Assembly: GCA_050239825.1 (NCBI GenBank) | Contig: JBFXGO010000020.1 | Coordinates: 1 to 42,743 of the forward strand | DNA from: a bacterium | GTDB lineage: Bacteria > Hydrothermota > 32-111 | Reading direction: 5' to 3' | DNA length: 42,743 nucleotides | In this document: piece after piece, positions 28,433 through 38,506 of the stretch | Numbering within the stretch: position 1 is the first letter of the stretch | How the letters are laid out: every line of letters starts with the position of its first letter | The notes under the pieces: generated by a model | What the model was told of the DNA's origin: nothing | Database searches by the model: none | Seen by the model: the letters and a program-made list of their open reading frames with translations, nothing else | Program-made: the position numbers and the translations under genes

Positions 28433-28927
28433 TTACTTTTTCTTATCCGTCTTTTTTTCGTCTTTCTTGGCAGGCTTCTTCTCGACTTTCTTCTCTGCTT
28501 TTTTCTCTGCCTTCTTCTCTATCTTCTTCTCAGTCTTTTTTTCGCCCTTCTCCTTTTCCTTTGAAACCGGTTTCTCGACGAGTTCAAGTATTGATGTCGA
28601 AGCTCCGTCTCCTCTTCGGAGTCCTACGGAAATAACCCTCGTGTATCCTCCGTTTCTTGCTTTGTACATAGGGGCTATCTCTTCAAAGAGCCTCTTCACT
28701 ATTTCATTTGAGCGGATTCTTTTTGCTATCTCACGCCTTGCATGAACCGTGTCATCTGTTTTTGCAAGGGTTATCATTCTCTCTGCAAGCTTTCTTGCCT
28801 CTTTCGCCTTTGCGGTCGTAGTAATCACTACGCTCTTCTCAAAGAGCGATGTGACAAGATTGTTAAGCATTGCATTTCTGTGTTCAGTGGGTCTTGACAG
28901 TTTTTTTACTTTATCATTGTGTCGCAT
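28433..28927 (-). CDS. rplQ: 50S ribosomal protein L17 with Lys/Glu-rich C-terminal tail
   Basis: MRH, TT.AKAKE, RNGGYTR, RRGDGA; follows rpoA. Confidence 0.97.
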   Translation of the reverse strand: MRHNDKVKKLSRPTEHRNAMLNNLVTSLFEKSVVITTTAKAKEARKLAERMITLAKTDDTVHARREIAKRIRSNEIVKRLFEEIAPMYKARNGGYTRVISVGLRRGDGASTSILELVEKPVSKEKEKGEKKTEKKIEKKAEKKAEKKVEKKPAKKDEKKTDKKK

Positions 28928-28936
28928 AGGTCCCCC

Positions 28937-29917
28937 TTAGTCATTCTCTTTTTTGAAATATTTGCCTGTCTCCATGCCGAAGTGCAGTCCCAGTTCCTTC
29001 AGTTTGTCTTCAAGCTCACTGAGCGACTGGCGTCCGAAATTCTTGTATCTGAGCATTTCATCTCTGGTCTTGACAACGAGATCTGCAAGAGTTTCAATGT
29101 TGTTGGTCTCCAGGCAATTCTTCGCCCTGACTTTCAGTTCAAGGTCTGTTACTTTCTTTGAAAGAAGTTCGCGCATCTTCAGCACATTGTCATCTTCAAA
29201 CTCCTCTGTGATGACAGGCAATCTCTTGTCTCCTATTTCAAAGACATCAATATGCCCTTTAAGTATAATTACAGCCTGTTTGAGCGCATTATCCGGAGTT
29301 ATTGTTCCGTCTGTGGTAATTTCAAGAATAAGCTTGTCAAAATCAGTCCTCTGTCCGACTCTCATGCTTTCAAGTGTTGTGACAACCCTTTTAACAGGAG
29401 AGAAGAAAGCATCAAGCTGAATTGATTTGATGTTCTTGTCCGGATTTATATACTGCGATTGCAGGTACCCGCGTCCCCATTCTATCACAAGTTCAGCTTT
29501 GACTGAAGCCGGCTTTGTAATGGTGAACAGATAAAGGTCTTTGTTCACTATCTCAATGCCTGCCGGAAGAGCAATGTCACCTGCGGTGACTTCCTTGGGA
29601 CCCTTGATGTTCATCACAACTCTCTTGTCATCCATCTCCTCATCCATTTGAAAACGAATTTTTTTGATGTTGAGGACTATGTCAGTAACATTCTCCTTGA
29701 CGCCTTCAATTGTAGTGAATTCATGGAATGCATTGTCGAATATTATTTTTGTTATGCTGACGCCGTGTATGCTTGAAAGAAGTATCCTCCTTAGGACATT
29801 GCCCATTGTTGTGCCGAAGCCTCTTTCAAACGGTCCGATGACAAATTTCCCGTAAGTATTGCCGCGCTGTTCTTCAAGTTTGACGCTCTGCGGCATCTGA
29901 AAAGGTTTTAACTTCAT
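28937..29917 (-). CDS. rpoA: RNA polymerase alpha subunit
   Basis: PFERGFGTTMGNVLRRILLSSI, HEF, NFGRQSL. Confidence 0.98.
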   Translation of the reverse strand: MKLKPFQMPQSVKLEEQRGNTYGKFVIGPFERGFGTTMGNVLRRILLSSIHGVSITKIIFDNAFHEFTTIEGVKENVTDIVLNIKKIRFQMDEEMDDKRVVMNIKGPKEVTAGDIALPAGIEIVNKDLYLFTITKPASVKAELVIEWGRGYLQSQYINPDKNIKSIQLDAFFSPVKRVVTTLESMRVGQRTDFDKLILEITTDGTITPDNALKQAVIILKGHIDVFEIGDKRLPVITEEFEDDNVLKMRELLSKKVTDLELKVRAKNCLETNNIETLADLVVKTRDEMLRYKNFGRQSLSELEDKLKELGLHFGMETGKYFKKEND

Positions 29918-29939
29918 TTGCTTACCTCTTCGTTAATTG

Positions 29940-30566
29940 TTATTTTGAATACAATTCTATGATAAGCTGTTCGTTGATATCTGCGTCTATGTCAGCTCTC
30001 TGCGGAAGCTGTTTAACTGAGACGGACATTTTGGGAAGATCAAGTCCGAGCCATTCCCTTGTCTTTCCGCCGTTCTTGGCAAGAGTCTGCGTTATCATAT
30101 CAAAATTTTTTGATTTCTCCTGTACTTCAATGATGTCGCTCTCCTTAACCAAAAAGCTTGGTATATTTACTCTGTGCTTGTTGACCATTATGTGTCCATG
30201 GTTGACGAGTTGTCTTGCGGCCGACCTCGACGGGGCAAATCCCGCTCTGAATATCACATTGTCCAGTCTCCTCTCCAAAAACTGAAGAAGAATTTCGCCT
30301 GTGACTCCCCTAATTGAGGCGGCATTTTCATAGTATTTTCTGAACTGCTGTTCGTGTATTCCGTAAATTCTCTTCACCTTCTGCTTTTCGCGGAGCTGTG
30401 TGGCATAACCAGAGAGTTTCTTTCTTATCTTCTTTGCGGGCTCTCCGGGTGTAGTGCGGTTTCTTTCAATCGCGCACTTATTCGTATTGCACCTGTCTCC
30501 CTTGAGGAAAAGCTTCATTCTTTCTCTTCTGCAAAGCTTGCATTTTGCTTCTATGTATCTTGACAT
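29940..30566 (-). CDS. rpsD: 30S ribosomal protein S4 (Cys-containing form)
   Basis: CKLCRRE, LREKQKVKRIYG, LERRLDNV, IELYSK. Confidence 0.98.
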   Translation of the reverse strand: MSRYIEAKCKLCRRERMKLFLKGDRCNTNKCAIERNRTTPGEPAKKIRKKLSGYATQLREKQKVKRIYGIHEQQFRKYYENAASIRGVTGEILLQFLERRLDNVIFRAGFAPSRSAARQLVNHGHIMVNKHRVNIPSFLVKESDIIEVQEKSKNFDMITQTLAKNGGKTREWLGLDLPKMSVSVKQLPQRADIDADINEQLIIELYSK

Positions 30567-30575
30567 TATTCCTCC

Positions 30576-30974
30576 TTAGACTCTTCTTCTTTTTGGCGGC
30601 CTGCATCCGTTGTGCGGTATCGGAGTCACATCCTTAATCGATGTTATCTTGAAACCGAGGTTGTTCAGAGCTCTGACTGCGGTCTCTCTTCCGCCGCCCG
30701 GTCCTTTTACGCACACTTCAAGCCGTTTCACTCCAAGATTTAAAGCGTCCTTTCCGGCCTTCTCCGCAGCTATCTGAGCCGCAAAAGGAGTAGCCTTCTT
30801 TGAGCCTTTGTAGCCGACATTCCCTGCTGATGACCAGGCAATCACATTGCCTGTCGTGTCGGTTATTGTCACTATAGTATTGTTAAAGGAAGAATGCACA
30901 TGGCACACACCCTGCGATTCTATTTTTCTGACCTTTTTCTTTACTCTTTTCTTGACCTTTTTTTCTACAGCCAC
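30576..30974 (-). CDS. rpsK: 30S ribosomal protein S11
   Basis: [26 protein letters not shown]. Confidence 0.98.
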   Translation of the reverse strand: MAVEKKVKKRVKKKVRKIESQGVCHVHSSFNNTIVTITDTTGNVIAWSSAGNVGYKGSKKATPFAAQIAAEKAGKDALNLGVKRLEVCVKGPGGGRETAVRALNNLGFKITSIKDVTPIPHNGCRPPKRRRV

Positions 30975-30986
30975 TATTTCCTCCTT

Positions 30987-31373
30987 TTATTTCTTTGCCG
31001 CTGCTTTCTTCTTCAGAGCCACAGAGCCTTTTGACGGTCCCTTTCTCGTTCTTGCATTGGTTCTTGTCCTCTGCCCTCTGACGGGAAGACCTTTAATATG
31101 CCTTATTCCGCGGTAGCACTGAATCTCCTTAAGCCTTTTTATATTCTCTGAGACTTCGGCTTTTAGAGCGCCTTCAACTTTATAATCTTTTTCAATGACC
31201 TTTCTTATTTTCTCAACATCGTCATCTTTCAGATCTTTGACTCTGATGGACGGTGCGACACCGGCCTCTTTGAGTATCTTTATGGACGATGTTACGCCCA
31301 AACCGAAGATGTAGGTAAGAGCAATTTCAATTCTCTTATTTTTAGGCAAATCAACACCAGCAATACGAGCCAA
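30987..31373 (-). CDS. rpsM: 30S ribosomal protein S13
   Basis: [30 protein letters not shown] start. Confidence 0.98.
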   Translation of the reverse strand: MARIAGVDLPKNKRIEIALTYIFGLGVTSSIKILKEAGVAPSIRVKDLKDDDVEKIRKVIEKDYKVEGALKAEVSENIKRLKEIQCYRGIRHIKGLPVRGQRTRTNARTRKGPSKGSVALKKKAAAKK

Positions 31374-31384
31374 AATGACCTCCT

Positions 31385-31498
31385 TTATCCTTGTCTTTGC
31401 TTATGTTTAGGATTCTCGCAAATTATTTTTACGACACCCTTTCTCTTAATGATTTTGCATTTATTGCAAATCTTTTTGACAGATGATCTTACTTTCAT
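31385..31498 (-). CDS. rpmJ: 50S ribosomal protein L36 (not in ORF track)
   Basis: Manual translation [37 protein letters not shown]; canonical position between infA and rpsM. Confidence 0.97.
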   Translation of the reverse strand: MKVRSSVKKICNKCKIIKRKGVVKIICENPKHKQRQG

Positions 31499-31508
31499 TT
31501 GTCCTCCG

Positions 31509-31724
31509 TTATTTGAATCTGTAAATTATTCGTCCCTTTGAAAGATCGTACGGTGAGAGTTCAACAGTCACTCTGTCGCCCTTGGCGATTTTTATGTAGT
31601 TCATCCTCATCTTTCCGGAAATATGCCCTATTATCTGATGCTTGTTATCAAGCTGTACCTTGAAGCATGCATCCGGAAGCAGATCAACAACCGTGCCTTC
31701 AACAAGTATGCCTTTTTTTGACAT
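31509..31724 (-). CDS. infA: Translation initiation factor IF-1
   Basis: [29 protein letters not shown]. Confidence 0.98.
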   Translation of the reverse strand: MSKKGILVEGTVVDLLPDACFKVQLDNKHQIIGHISGKMRMNYIKIAKGDRVTVELSPYDLSKGRIIYRFK

Positions 31725-31725
31725 T

Positions 31726-32361
31726 CTATTTCAGCACCTTTGCAATCTTTTCAAAGACCTCTTCAGCCGTCCCCGTGCCGTCTATTTTTTTCAACAGGGA
31801 GATTCTGTCGAAGTATCCTACAAGCTCCTGCGTCTCTTCTTTGTAGACGGCGAGCCTCTTTCTTATCACATCAGTATTGTCATCAGTGCGTTTTACAAGT
31901 TTCTGATTGCATTCCGAGCAGTTCTCCTCTTCGTATGAACCCGGGTACACTTTTTTGCACCTCGAGCACACAAGGCGGTTTGTGAGCCTTTCTATAACTG
32001 TTTCATCATCAAGAGAGACAAGAACCGCGCAATCAAGAGTCGAAGAGTTGTCTTTCATGACTTTTATCAGCTGTTCCGCCTGAAATATTCTCCTCGGAAA
32101 TCCGTCGAATATTACCTTTTTTTTATAGAGAGCATTCTTTTCAATATAGTTCAGAACATATCCTGTTATCTTTTCATCAGGCACAAGAAGTCCGTTGTCT
32201 ATGAACTCCTTCACCTCTCTTCCGAATTCCGTCTTACCTGCTATCTCTCCCCGAAGAAGGTCTCCTGTCGAGAGATGTATGAAACCGTTTCTCCTGCTGA
32301 GCATCTCCGCCTGCGTTCCCTTTCCGGAACCCGGAGGCCCTAAGAAGACTATTCTTTCCAT
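31726..32361 (-). CDS. adk: Adenylate kinase (LID with CxxC...CxxC)
   Basis: [26 protein letters not shown] and CSEC. Confidence 0.97.
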   Translation of the reverse strand: MERIVFLGPPGSGKGTQAEMLSRRNGFIHLSTGDLLRGEIAGKTEFGREVKEFIDNGLLVPDEKITGYVLNYIEKNALYKKKVIFDGFPRRIFQAEQLIKVMKDNSSTLDCAVLVSLDDETVIERLTNRLVCSRCKKVYPGSYEEENCSECNQKLVKRTDDNTDVIRKRLAVYKEETQELVGYFDRISLLKKIDGTGTAEEVFEKIAKVLK

Positions 32362-33677
32362 TATTGTCTGCCCTTTATCCTTCCCTTTTTCATGAAGCCT
32401 TCATAGCTTCTCATGAGGAGGTAAGATTCGATCTGAGAAACAGTCTCCAGAATAACGCCAACTGCGATAAGAATTGATGTGCCGCCGAAATAGACGGGGA
32501 TTCTCGTTACATCAATAACTATTATTGGAACTACCGCTATCAGTGCAAAGAATATTGCTCCCGGGAACGTGATTCTTAAAATCACTCTGTCAATGTAATC
32601 CCTCGTCTGTTTTCCGGGTCTGAGACCGGGGATGAATCCGCCGTACTTTTTCATGTTCTCGGACATATCCTGAGGATTTATAACCACGGATGTGTAGAAG
32701 AATGCAAAGAAAATTATAAGCAAACCATATGTTATCAGATAAACCGGTCCGCCCGGCATGAATGCCTCAGTTATCCAATTTGCCACTGGATTTCCCCTGA
32801 AGAAATTGGCGATTGTGGTGGGAAACATTATTATTGACTGTGCAAATATTATAGGGATGACTCCGGCCGCATTTACATTCAGAGGAATGTATGTTGACTG
32901 GCCTCCATAGACTTTTCTTCCCACTACTCTCTTGGCGTACTGCACGGGAATTCTTCTCTGCGACTGAGTTACAAGAACAACTGCCGCAGTCATAAGAACG
33001 ACTATCGCGAGGAAGATTACAACATAAGTAAAGTTGAGGGTTCCAGCAAAAACAAGCCTCACAACACTTATGATGTCCTGAGGAAGCCTCGCGACTATTC
33101 CTATGAGGATTATTATGGATATTCCGTTGCCAATGCCCTTGTCTGTTATTTTTTCTCCAAGCCACATTACGAACATTGTACCTGTCGTAAGGGTGAGCAT
33201 AGTAAGTATCCGGAAACCAATTCCCGGATTGGGAACTATCGTGAATCCTGAAAGACTCAGGCCTTCAAGGAAAAATGAAATTCCGTATGACTCAACAAGA
33301 GCAAGAATTATAGTCAGATATCTTGTGTATTGAGTTATCTTTTTTCTGCCTTCATCGCCCTCATGCTGAAGCTTCTGAAGATACGGCCAAATTGCGCCGA
33401 GAAGCTGCAGAATGATGGATGCTGAAATGTAGGGCATTATTCCAAGAGCAAAGATTGTCGCCCTCTGCAGGTTTCCTCCGGCAAATACGTCATAGAGACC
33501 CAGCATTCCCTGCTTCTGTGAGTCAAACCAGCTCGTAAGAGCCTGAATGTCTATTCCGGGGAGCGGTATGTGTGAACCTACTCTGTAAACACCCAGAAGA
33601 AGCAATGTGTATAGAAGTTTCTTCTTAAGGTCCGGAATTCTGAACGCATTCTGGAAGGATCCTATTATGTTAATCAA
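32361..33677 (-). CDS. secY: Preprotein translocase subunit SecY
   Basis: ALGIMPYISASII, WLGEKIT..GIGNG, IPGLRPG, GGTSILI. Confidence 0.98.
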   Translation of the reverse strand: MINIIGSFQNAFRIPDLKKKLLYTLLLLGVYRVGSHIPLPGIDIQALTSWFDSQKQGMLGLYDVFAGGNLQRATIFALGIMPYISASIILQLLGAIWPYLQKLQHEGDEGRKKITQYTRYLTIILALVESYGISFFLEGLSLSGFTIVPNPGIGFRILTMLTLTTGTMFVMWLGEKITDKGIGNGISIIILIGIVARLPQDIISVVRLVFAGTLNFTYVVIFLAIVVLMTAAVVLVTQSQRRIPVQYAKRVVGRKVYGGQSTYIPLNVNAAGVIPIIFAQSIIMFPTTIANFFRGNPVANWITEAFMPGGPVYLITYGLLIIFFAFFYTSVVINPQDMSENMKKYGGFIPGLRPGKQTRDYIDRVILRITFPGAIFFALIAVVPIIVIDVTRIPVYFGGTSILIAVGVILETVSQIESYLLMRSYEGFMKKGRIKGRQ

Positions 33678-34116
33678 TCGTCACCTCCACCCTGCCGCCC
33701 TTCTCCTCAATCATCTTTTTTGCGCTCTCAGAGACCTTTTCAACATGCACTGTGAGCTTCTTTGTCAATTCCCCTTTTCCGAGTATCTTGACCGGTTTCA
33801 CAGATGATGAAATGAGGTTCATATCCTTAAGAGTCTCATGATTGACAGTCTCTCCGTCATTAAATGCATTGAGTTGCTCAAGATTAACTATCTGATAAGT
33901 TTTTCTTGTAAAATTTTTGAAGCCCCTCTTGGGTATTCTTCTTATGAGAGGCATCTGGCCGCCTTCAAATCCTAACTTTGCAGAGTATCCGGTTCTGGAC
34001 TTGGCGCCCTTCTCTCCTCTGCCTGCTGTTTTTCCGTTTCCGGAACCGGGCCCCTGGCCCTTTCTCTTTGCTGTTTTTACGGCGCCCTTTGGTGGCTTCA
34101 GTTCATTGAGTTTCAT
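33670..34116 (-). CDS. rplO: 50S ribosomal protein L15
   Basis: GKTAGRG, GFEGGQMPL.RR.PKRGF. Confidence 0.98.
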   Translation of the reverse strand: MKLNELKPPKGAVKTAKRKGQGPGSGNGKTAGRGEKGAKSRTGYSAKLGFEGGQMPLIRRIPKRGFKNFTRKTYQIVNLEQLNAFNDGETVNHETLKDMNLISSSVKPVKILGKGELTKKLTVHVEKVSESAKKMIEEKGGRVEVTID

Positions 34117-34118
34117 CT

Positions 34119-34310
34119 TTATTCTCCATCCTTTATTTCTTCGACTTTAAGCAGGTGTTTCACCTTGAAGATCATTCCGCGAATCGCCTGATTGTCCTCT
34201 TTAATAACCGTGTGGTGAGGTTTCTTAAGTCCGAGTGCCTTCACGGTGCGCTTCTGTGTTTTTTCAAAATTAATGTCGCTCTTCATCAATGTAATTCTTA
34301 GTTTAGCCAT
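34119..34310 (-). CDS. rpmD: 50S ribosomal protein L30
   Basis: [23 protein letters not shown]; start moved to MAKLR. Confidence 0.95.
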   Translation of the reverse strand: MAKLRITLMKSDINFEKTQKRTVKALGLKKPHHTVIKEDNQAIRGMIFKVKHLLKVEEIKDGE

Positions 34311-34836
34311 TGGCGACCTCCTCATTCTTCTTTGTATAGACGTGACCTCTCTTCATCATCTGAATGTCTTCAGGAGAGTAGAGAGCCATCATCCCGTTGA
34401 ATGTCGCCTTGGCAAGGTTGATTGATGTATTGCTACCGAGAGATTTTGTCAGTATGTTCTTTATTCCTGCGAGTTCAAGAATATTTCTGACGGACTCGGT
34501 TGCTATGATTCCGGTTCCTTCAACCGCCGGCTTCAAAAGAATCCTTGATGCGCCGTTCTTTCCTATTATCTCGTAAGGAATTGTGCCTCTCGGATTGACA
34601 TAGACTCTCACTATGTTTTTTCTTGCGGCCTCTGTTGCCTTTTTAATTGCATCAGCCGTCTCAGTTGCTTTGCCTATGCCCAGTCCTATATAACCGTTCT
34701 TATTGCCAACTGCGACTATTGCCCTAAGCTTGAATCTGCGTCCACCCTTTACTACCTTTGCCACTCTCTTTATGTCTATGACGCTGTCAACCAGCTCAAG
34801 CGATGAAAGGTCGATTTTTGGTCTTACTGTTTTCAA
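34303..34836 (-). CDS. rpsE: 30S ribosomal protein S5
   Basis: [23 protein letters not shown]. Confidence 0.97.
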   Translation of the reverse strand: MKTVRPKIDLSSLELVDSVIDIKRVAKVVKGGRRFKLRAIVAVGNKNGYIGLGIGKATETADAIKKATEAARKNIVRVYVNPRGTIPYEIIGKNGASRILLKPAVEGTGIIATESVRNILELAGIKNILTKSLGSNTSINLAKATFNGMMALYSPEDIQMMKRGHVYTKKNEEVANG

Positions 34837-34848
34837 TATGCCTCCAGT

Positions 34849-35211
34849 TTAAAACTCAAGCCCTGCTTTTCTTGCTCCGTCGGCCATCTGTTTGACTCTG
34901 CCGTGGAACTTGTAGCCGTTTCTGTCAAATACTATTTTCTTTATGCCCTTCTCTACTGCCTTTTTTCCGAGCGCCTCTCCGACCTTTTTAGCTTTTGCTT
35001 TTTTGTCTCCCTTTGTCGAGGCAATGGTCTTTTCCAAAGAGGATGCCTGGCAGAGCGTGATTCCTGAGTTGTCATCAATTATCTGCGCATAAATGTGATT
35101 GAGGCTTCTATAGACAACAAGGCGCGGGCGCGCGGCTGTGCCAACAACCGAACCTCTTATCCTGATATGCCTCTTCTCGCGTTTTTCTCTTTTCAAAATG
35201 TTTTTATCCAT
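34849..35211 (-). CDS. rplR: 50S ribosomal protein L18
   Basis: RPRLVVYRS, FDRNGYKFHGRV, GLEF. Confidence 0.98.
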   Translation of the reverse strand: MDKNILKREKREKRHIRIRGSVVGTAARPRLVVYRSLNHIYAQIIDDNSGITLCQASSLEKTIASTKGDKKAKAKKVGEALGKKAVEKGIKKIVFDRNGYKFHGRVKQMADGARKAGLEF

Positions 35212-35212
35212 A

Positions 35213-35749
35213 CTATACTCCGGTCTTTCTCTCTTTCTTTCTTACCTTCTCGCCTTTGTACTTAATGCCCTTGCTTACATAAGGCTCCCACTTTCTCAGC
35301 TTTTTGATATTTGCGGTTATCTGTCCGACCAGCTCTTTGTCCCTGCCGGAGATGACAACCCTCTTCTCCTCAGGCACTTCAAACTTTATGCCATCCGGCG
35401 CTTTCATAATCACCGGGTGGGAAAAGCCCAAAGAGAGCTTCAATGATGTGCCTTCAAGCTGTGCTTTGTATTCACGGGCTTCAAGGATGAGCTCCTTCAT
35501 ATATCCATGAGTCACGCCAATCACCATATTATTGATGAGGGACCGTAAAAGACCCTGGTTCATGTTGGATATCTTTGTTTCATCATTTCTGCCGACCATT
35601 ATCTTTTTTTCCTCTATTTTCACAGAGACCCTCTCCGGAAAACTTCTTGTGAGCTCTCCCTTAGGTCCTTTGACAAAAATAGAATTATCCTTTAGAGTCA
35701 CATTGACTCCCTCTGGTATGCTTATCGCCATCTTTCCTAATCTTGACAT
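35213..35749 (-). CDS. rplF: 50S ribosomal protein L6
   Basis: MSRLGK, KGPKG, LGFSHP, EPY..KG. Confidence 0.97.
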   Translation of the reverse strand: MSRLGKMAISIPEGVNVTLKDNSIFVKGPKGELTRSFPERVSVKIEEKKIMVGRNDETKISNMNQGLLRSLINNMVIGVTHGYMKELILEAREYKAQLEGTSLKLSLGFSHPVIMKAPDGIKFEVPEEKRVVISGRDKELVGQITANIKKLRKWEPYVSKGIKYKGEKVRKKERKTGV

Positions 35750-35760
35750 TTTTCCTCCTG

Positions 35761-36159
35761 TTACCAGACCTTGCAGATCACTTCTCCGCCAACCTTTTCT
35801 CTCTTTGCTTTTCTGTCAGTCATGACGCCTTTGTTGGTAGAGATAATTTGAATGCCCATTCCGCCCATTACAGGTCTGAGCTCTTTATAGGAGACATACC
35901 TTTTGATTCCGGGCTTTGAAATGCGCTCTATTGAATGTATGACCGGCATGCCGTTCTTGTCATACTTCAGGCCTATCGATATTGATGTCTTTCCCTTCTC
36001 TTCACTCATCTGGAAATCGGAGATATATCCTTCATTCCTGAGAATTTCAAGAATCTTCTTTTTCAGCTCTGAATGAGGCATCGCAACAGTGTCCTTTCCA
36101 GCATTCTGTGCGTTGCGGATTCTGGTGAGCATATCGGCAATGGGATCTGTCATTGTCAT
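35761..36159 (-). CDS. rpsH: 30S ribosomal protein S8
   Basis: TDPIADMLTRIRNA, SKPG, VGGEV; start moved to MTMTDP. Confidence 0.97.
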   Translation of the reverse strand: MTMTDPIADMLTRIRNAQNAGKDTVAMPHSELKKKILEILRNEGYISDFQMSEEKGKTSISIGLKYDKNGMPVIHSIERISKPGIKRYVSYKELRPVMGGMGIQIISTNKGVMTDRKAKREKVGGEVICKVW

Positions 36160-36170
36160 CTGTGTCCTCC

Positions 36171-36356
36171 TTACCAGCTTGCCTTTTTGATGCCCGGCAG
36201 AAGACCCTTGTGAGCCATCTCCCTGAGGCAGATTCTGCATAATCCGAAATCCCTGTAGAAACCGCGGGATCTACCGCAAACTTGACATCTGTTTCTCTTT
36301 CTTATCTTGAACTTTCTTTCCCTATTGTTCTTGATAACCATACTTTTCTTTGCCAT
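36171..36356 (-). CDS. rpsN: 30S ribosomal protein S14, zinc-binding (type Z)
   Basis: 61 aa, [18 protein letters not shown]. Confidence 0.97.
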   Translation of the reverse strand: MAKKSMVIKNNRERKFKIRKRNRCQVCGRSRGFYRDFGLCRICLREMAHKGLLPGIKKASW

Positions 36357-36366
36357 TTATCCTCCG

Positions 36367-36906
36367 TTATTTTTTAAAAGGCATTCCCAACTTTTTAAGA
36401 AGAGCGAAGGAATGCTGGTCATTCTTTGATTTTATCACGAATGTTATGTTCATACCGAACGGATATTTGATTTTTTCATATTCGATTTCCGGAAATATCA
36501 CATGGTCTTTTATTCCCATGTTGAAATTGCCGTACCCGTCAAACGAGTCTGAATCTATGCCGCGGAAATCCCTGATACGAGGAATGGTTATATTGAAAAA
36601 CCTTTCCAAAAACTCGTACATTATATTCCTTCTGAGAGTAAGCTTCAAACCCACTTTTACGCCCTTTCTGAGCTTGAAATTTGAAATTGATTTCTTTGCT
36701 TCGGTTATGACAGGCCTCTGTCCTGTTATTGCAGAAATGTCTTTCACTGCCTCGTCATAAATAGCCTTGTCCTGCAGTGCTTTTCCAAGACCCATGCTGA
36801 TGACTATCTTCTCAAGCTTGGGAACTTCATTGATGTTTTTGAGCTTCAGCTCTTTCATCAGTTCTTTCTTCATTTTTTCATTATAAAGTTTCTGTAATTC
36901 TGACAT
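36367..36906 (-). CDS. rplE: 50S ribosomal protein L5
   Basis: VPKLEKIV, ITGQRP, PRIRDFRG, IFPEI; start moved to MSELQ. Confidence 0.97.
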   Translation of the reverse strand: MSELQKLYNEKMKKELMKELKLKNINEVPKLEKIVISMGLGKALQDKAIYDEAVKDISAITGQRPVITEAKKSISNFKLRKGVKVGLKLTLRRNIMYEFLERFFNITIPRIRDFRGIDSDSFDGYGNFNMGIKDHVIFPEIEYEKIKYPFGMNITFVIKSKNDQHSFALLKKLGMPFKK

Positions 36907-36908
36907 TT

Positions 36909-37229
36909 TTACCTCGCTATCATTTCGCCGCACTTTTTGCAGACTCTGACTGATTTATTTTCAGTTTTTGTGTGGCTCACTCTTGTGGGCTGACCGCACT
37001 TCGGACAGACGAGCATAAGATTGGATACAGCTATCAATGCCTCCATCGTCACTATACCGCTCTGTTCACCCTGTTTTCTTGATTTCTTGTGCTTCTTTAC
37101 AAGGTTGATGCCTTCAACTATCGCCTTTCTCTCTTTTCTCGCGACTCTGAGGACTTTGCCTTTCTTTCCGGCATCCTCGCCCGAGATCACCTGTACGGTG
37201 TCGTCTTTTCTTATGTTGAGCTTTTCCAT
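36909..37229 (-). CDS. rplX: 50S ribosomal protein L24
   Basis: KOW motif VISGEDAGKKGKV, VEGIN; CPKC and CKKC near the C-terminus. Confidence 0.97.
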   Translation of the reverse strand: MEKLNIRKDDTVQVISGEDAGKKGKVLRVARKERKAIVEGINLVKKHKKSRKQGEQSGIVTMEALIAVSNLMLVCPKCGQPTRVSHTKTENKSVRVCKKCGEMIAR

Positions 37230-37597
37230 TACACAACCTCCGGTGCAAGTGACACTATCTTCATAAATTTTTTATCCCTAAGTTCTCTGGCTACCGGACC
37301 GAAGATTCTTGAGCCCTTCGGTTCGTTTGCCGCGTCTATGATGACGCAGGCATTGTCGTCAAATCTGATATAACTTCCGTCCTTACGCCTATGCTCTTTG
37401 CTTGTCCTCACTATTACAGCTCGCACGATTGCTCCCTGCTTGAGCTCGGACTCGGGTATCGCATCTTGCACTGCCGCAATAATGATGTCTCCAAGGTATG
37501 CGTACCTTCTGCCTGTTCCGCCGATAACTTTGATGCATTTCACTTTTTTTACGCCTGTGTTGTCGGCAATGTTTAAACGCGAATATTCCTGTATCAT
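37229..37597 (-). CDS. rplN: 50S ribosomal protein L14
   Basis: [27 protein letters not shown]. Confidence 0.98.
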   Translation of the reverse strand: MIQEYSRLNIADNTGVKKVKCIKVIGGTGRRYAYLGDIIIAAVQDAIPESELKQGAIVRAVIVRTSKEHRRKDGSYIRFDDNACVIIDAANEPKGSRIFGPVARELRDKKFMKIVSLAPEVV

Positions 37598-37613
37598 CTA
37601 TGCCTCACTTTGT

Positions 37614-37877
37614 TTATTCAACTACATCTGCCTTTTTCATCACTTCCAGAAGACGGAACCTCTTGTTCTTTGAGAGGGGCCTTGTCTCCTCAACCTTGAC
37701 AATGTCGCCTATTGATGCAAGCTGTTTCTCGTCGTGCGCCATCAGACGGTATCTCCTCGAAACGAACTTTTTGTAAAGAGGATGCTTCTTCTTGCGGTTG
37801 ATTATCACGACAATGGTCTTATCCATTTTGTCGGAAACAACTTCGCCTGTATAAACTTTTCTCTGTTTCTTCTCCAT
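37614..37877 (-). CDS. rpsQ: 30S ribosomal protein S17
   Basis: VVSDKMDKT, HPLYKK, ETRPLSK. Confidence 0.98.
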   Translation of the reverse strand: MEKKQRKVYTGEVVSDKMDKTIVVIINRKKKHPLYKKFVSRRYRLMAHDEKQLASIGDIVKVEETRPLSKNKRFRLLEVMKKADVVE

Positions 37878-38077
37878 TATTTCTCCTGCTTTTTAATTCT
37901 CTCATTCTGTATGGTGAGAATCCTCGAAATGTCCTTTCTTATGTTTTTGAACTGTGCATTGTTTGTAATCTCATTAGTCTTCGTCTTCATCCTGAGTCCG
38001 AAAAGCTCGTTCTGCAGATCATGAAGCTTGCTGTCCAGTTCTTTCTCATTGAATTCGCGTATATCTTTTATCTTCAT
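37877..38077 (-). CDS. rpmC: 50S ribosomal protein L29
   Basis: ELFGLR, RKDISRILT; position between rplP and rpsQ. Confidence 0.93.
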   Translation of the reverse strand: MKIKDIREFNEKELDSKLHDLQNELFGLRMKTKTNEITNNAQFKNIRKDISRILTIQNERIKKQEK

Positions 38078-38080
38078 CTG

Positions 38081-38494
38081 CTACACTCCTTCTCTTTTGA
38101 CGAATCTCACCTTTACGGGGAGTTTGTGGGATGCGAGCTCCGTCGCCTTTCTTGCTATCTCTTCCGTGACTCCGGCCATTTCAAACATAACCTTTCCGGG
38201 CTTTATGACAACCACCCAGAATTCCGGCGCTCCCTTTCCTTTGCCCATTCTTGTTTCAGCCGGTTTCTTTGTGACCGGTTTGTCCGGGAACATTCTCACC
38301 CAGAGCTTGCCGTCTTTGTGCAGAGTCCTCTGTATCGCGACTCTGGCAGCTTCAATCTGTCGGGCTGTAATCCAGCACACATCCAAAGACTGTATTCCAA
38401 AATCTCCGAAGGAGACATCGAATCCGCCTTTGGCTGCGCCTTTTCTTCTTCCGCGCTGCTGCTTTCTGTATTTTACTCGTTTTGGGATCAACAT
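38081..38494 (-). CDS. rplP: 50S ribosomal protein L16
   Basis: [22 protein letters not shown]. Confidence 0.98.
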   Translation of the reverse strand: MLIPKRVKYRKQQRGRRKGAAKGGFDVSFGDFGIQSLDVCWITARQIEAARVAIQRTLHKDGKLWVRMFPDKPVTKKPAETRMGKGKGAPEFWVVVIKPGKVMFEMAGVTEEIARKATELASHKLPVKVRFVKREGV

Positions 38495-38506
38495 ATTTGT
38501 GTCTCC

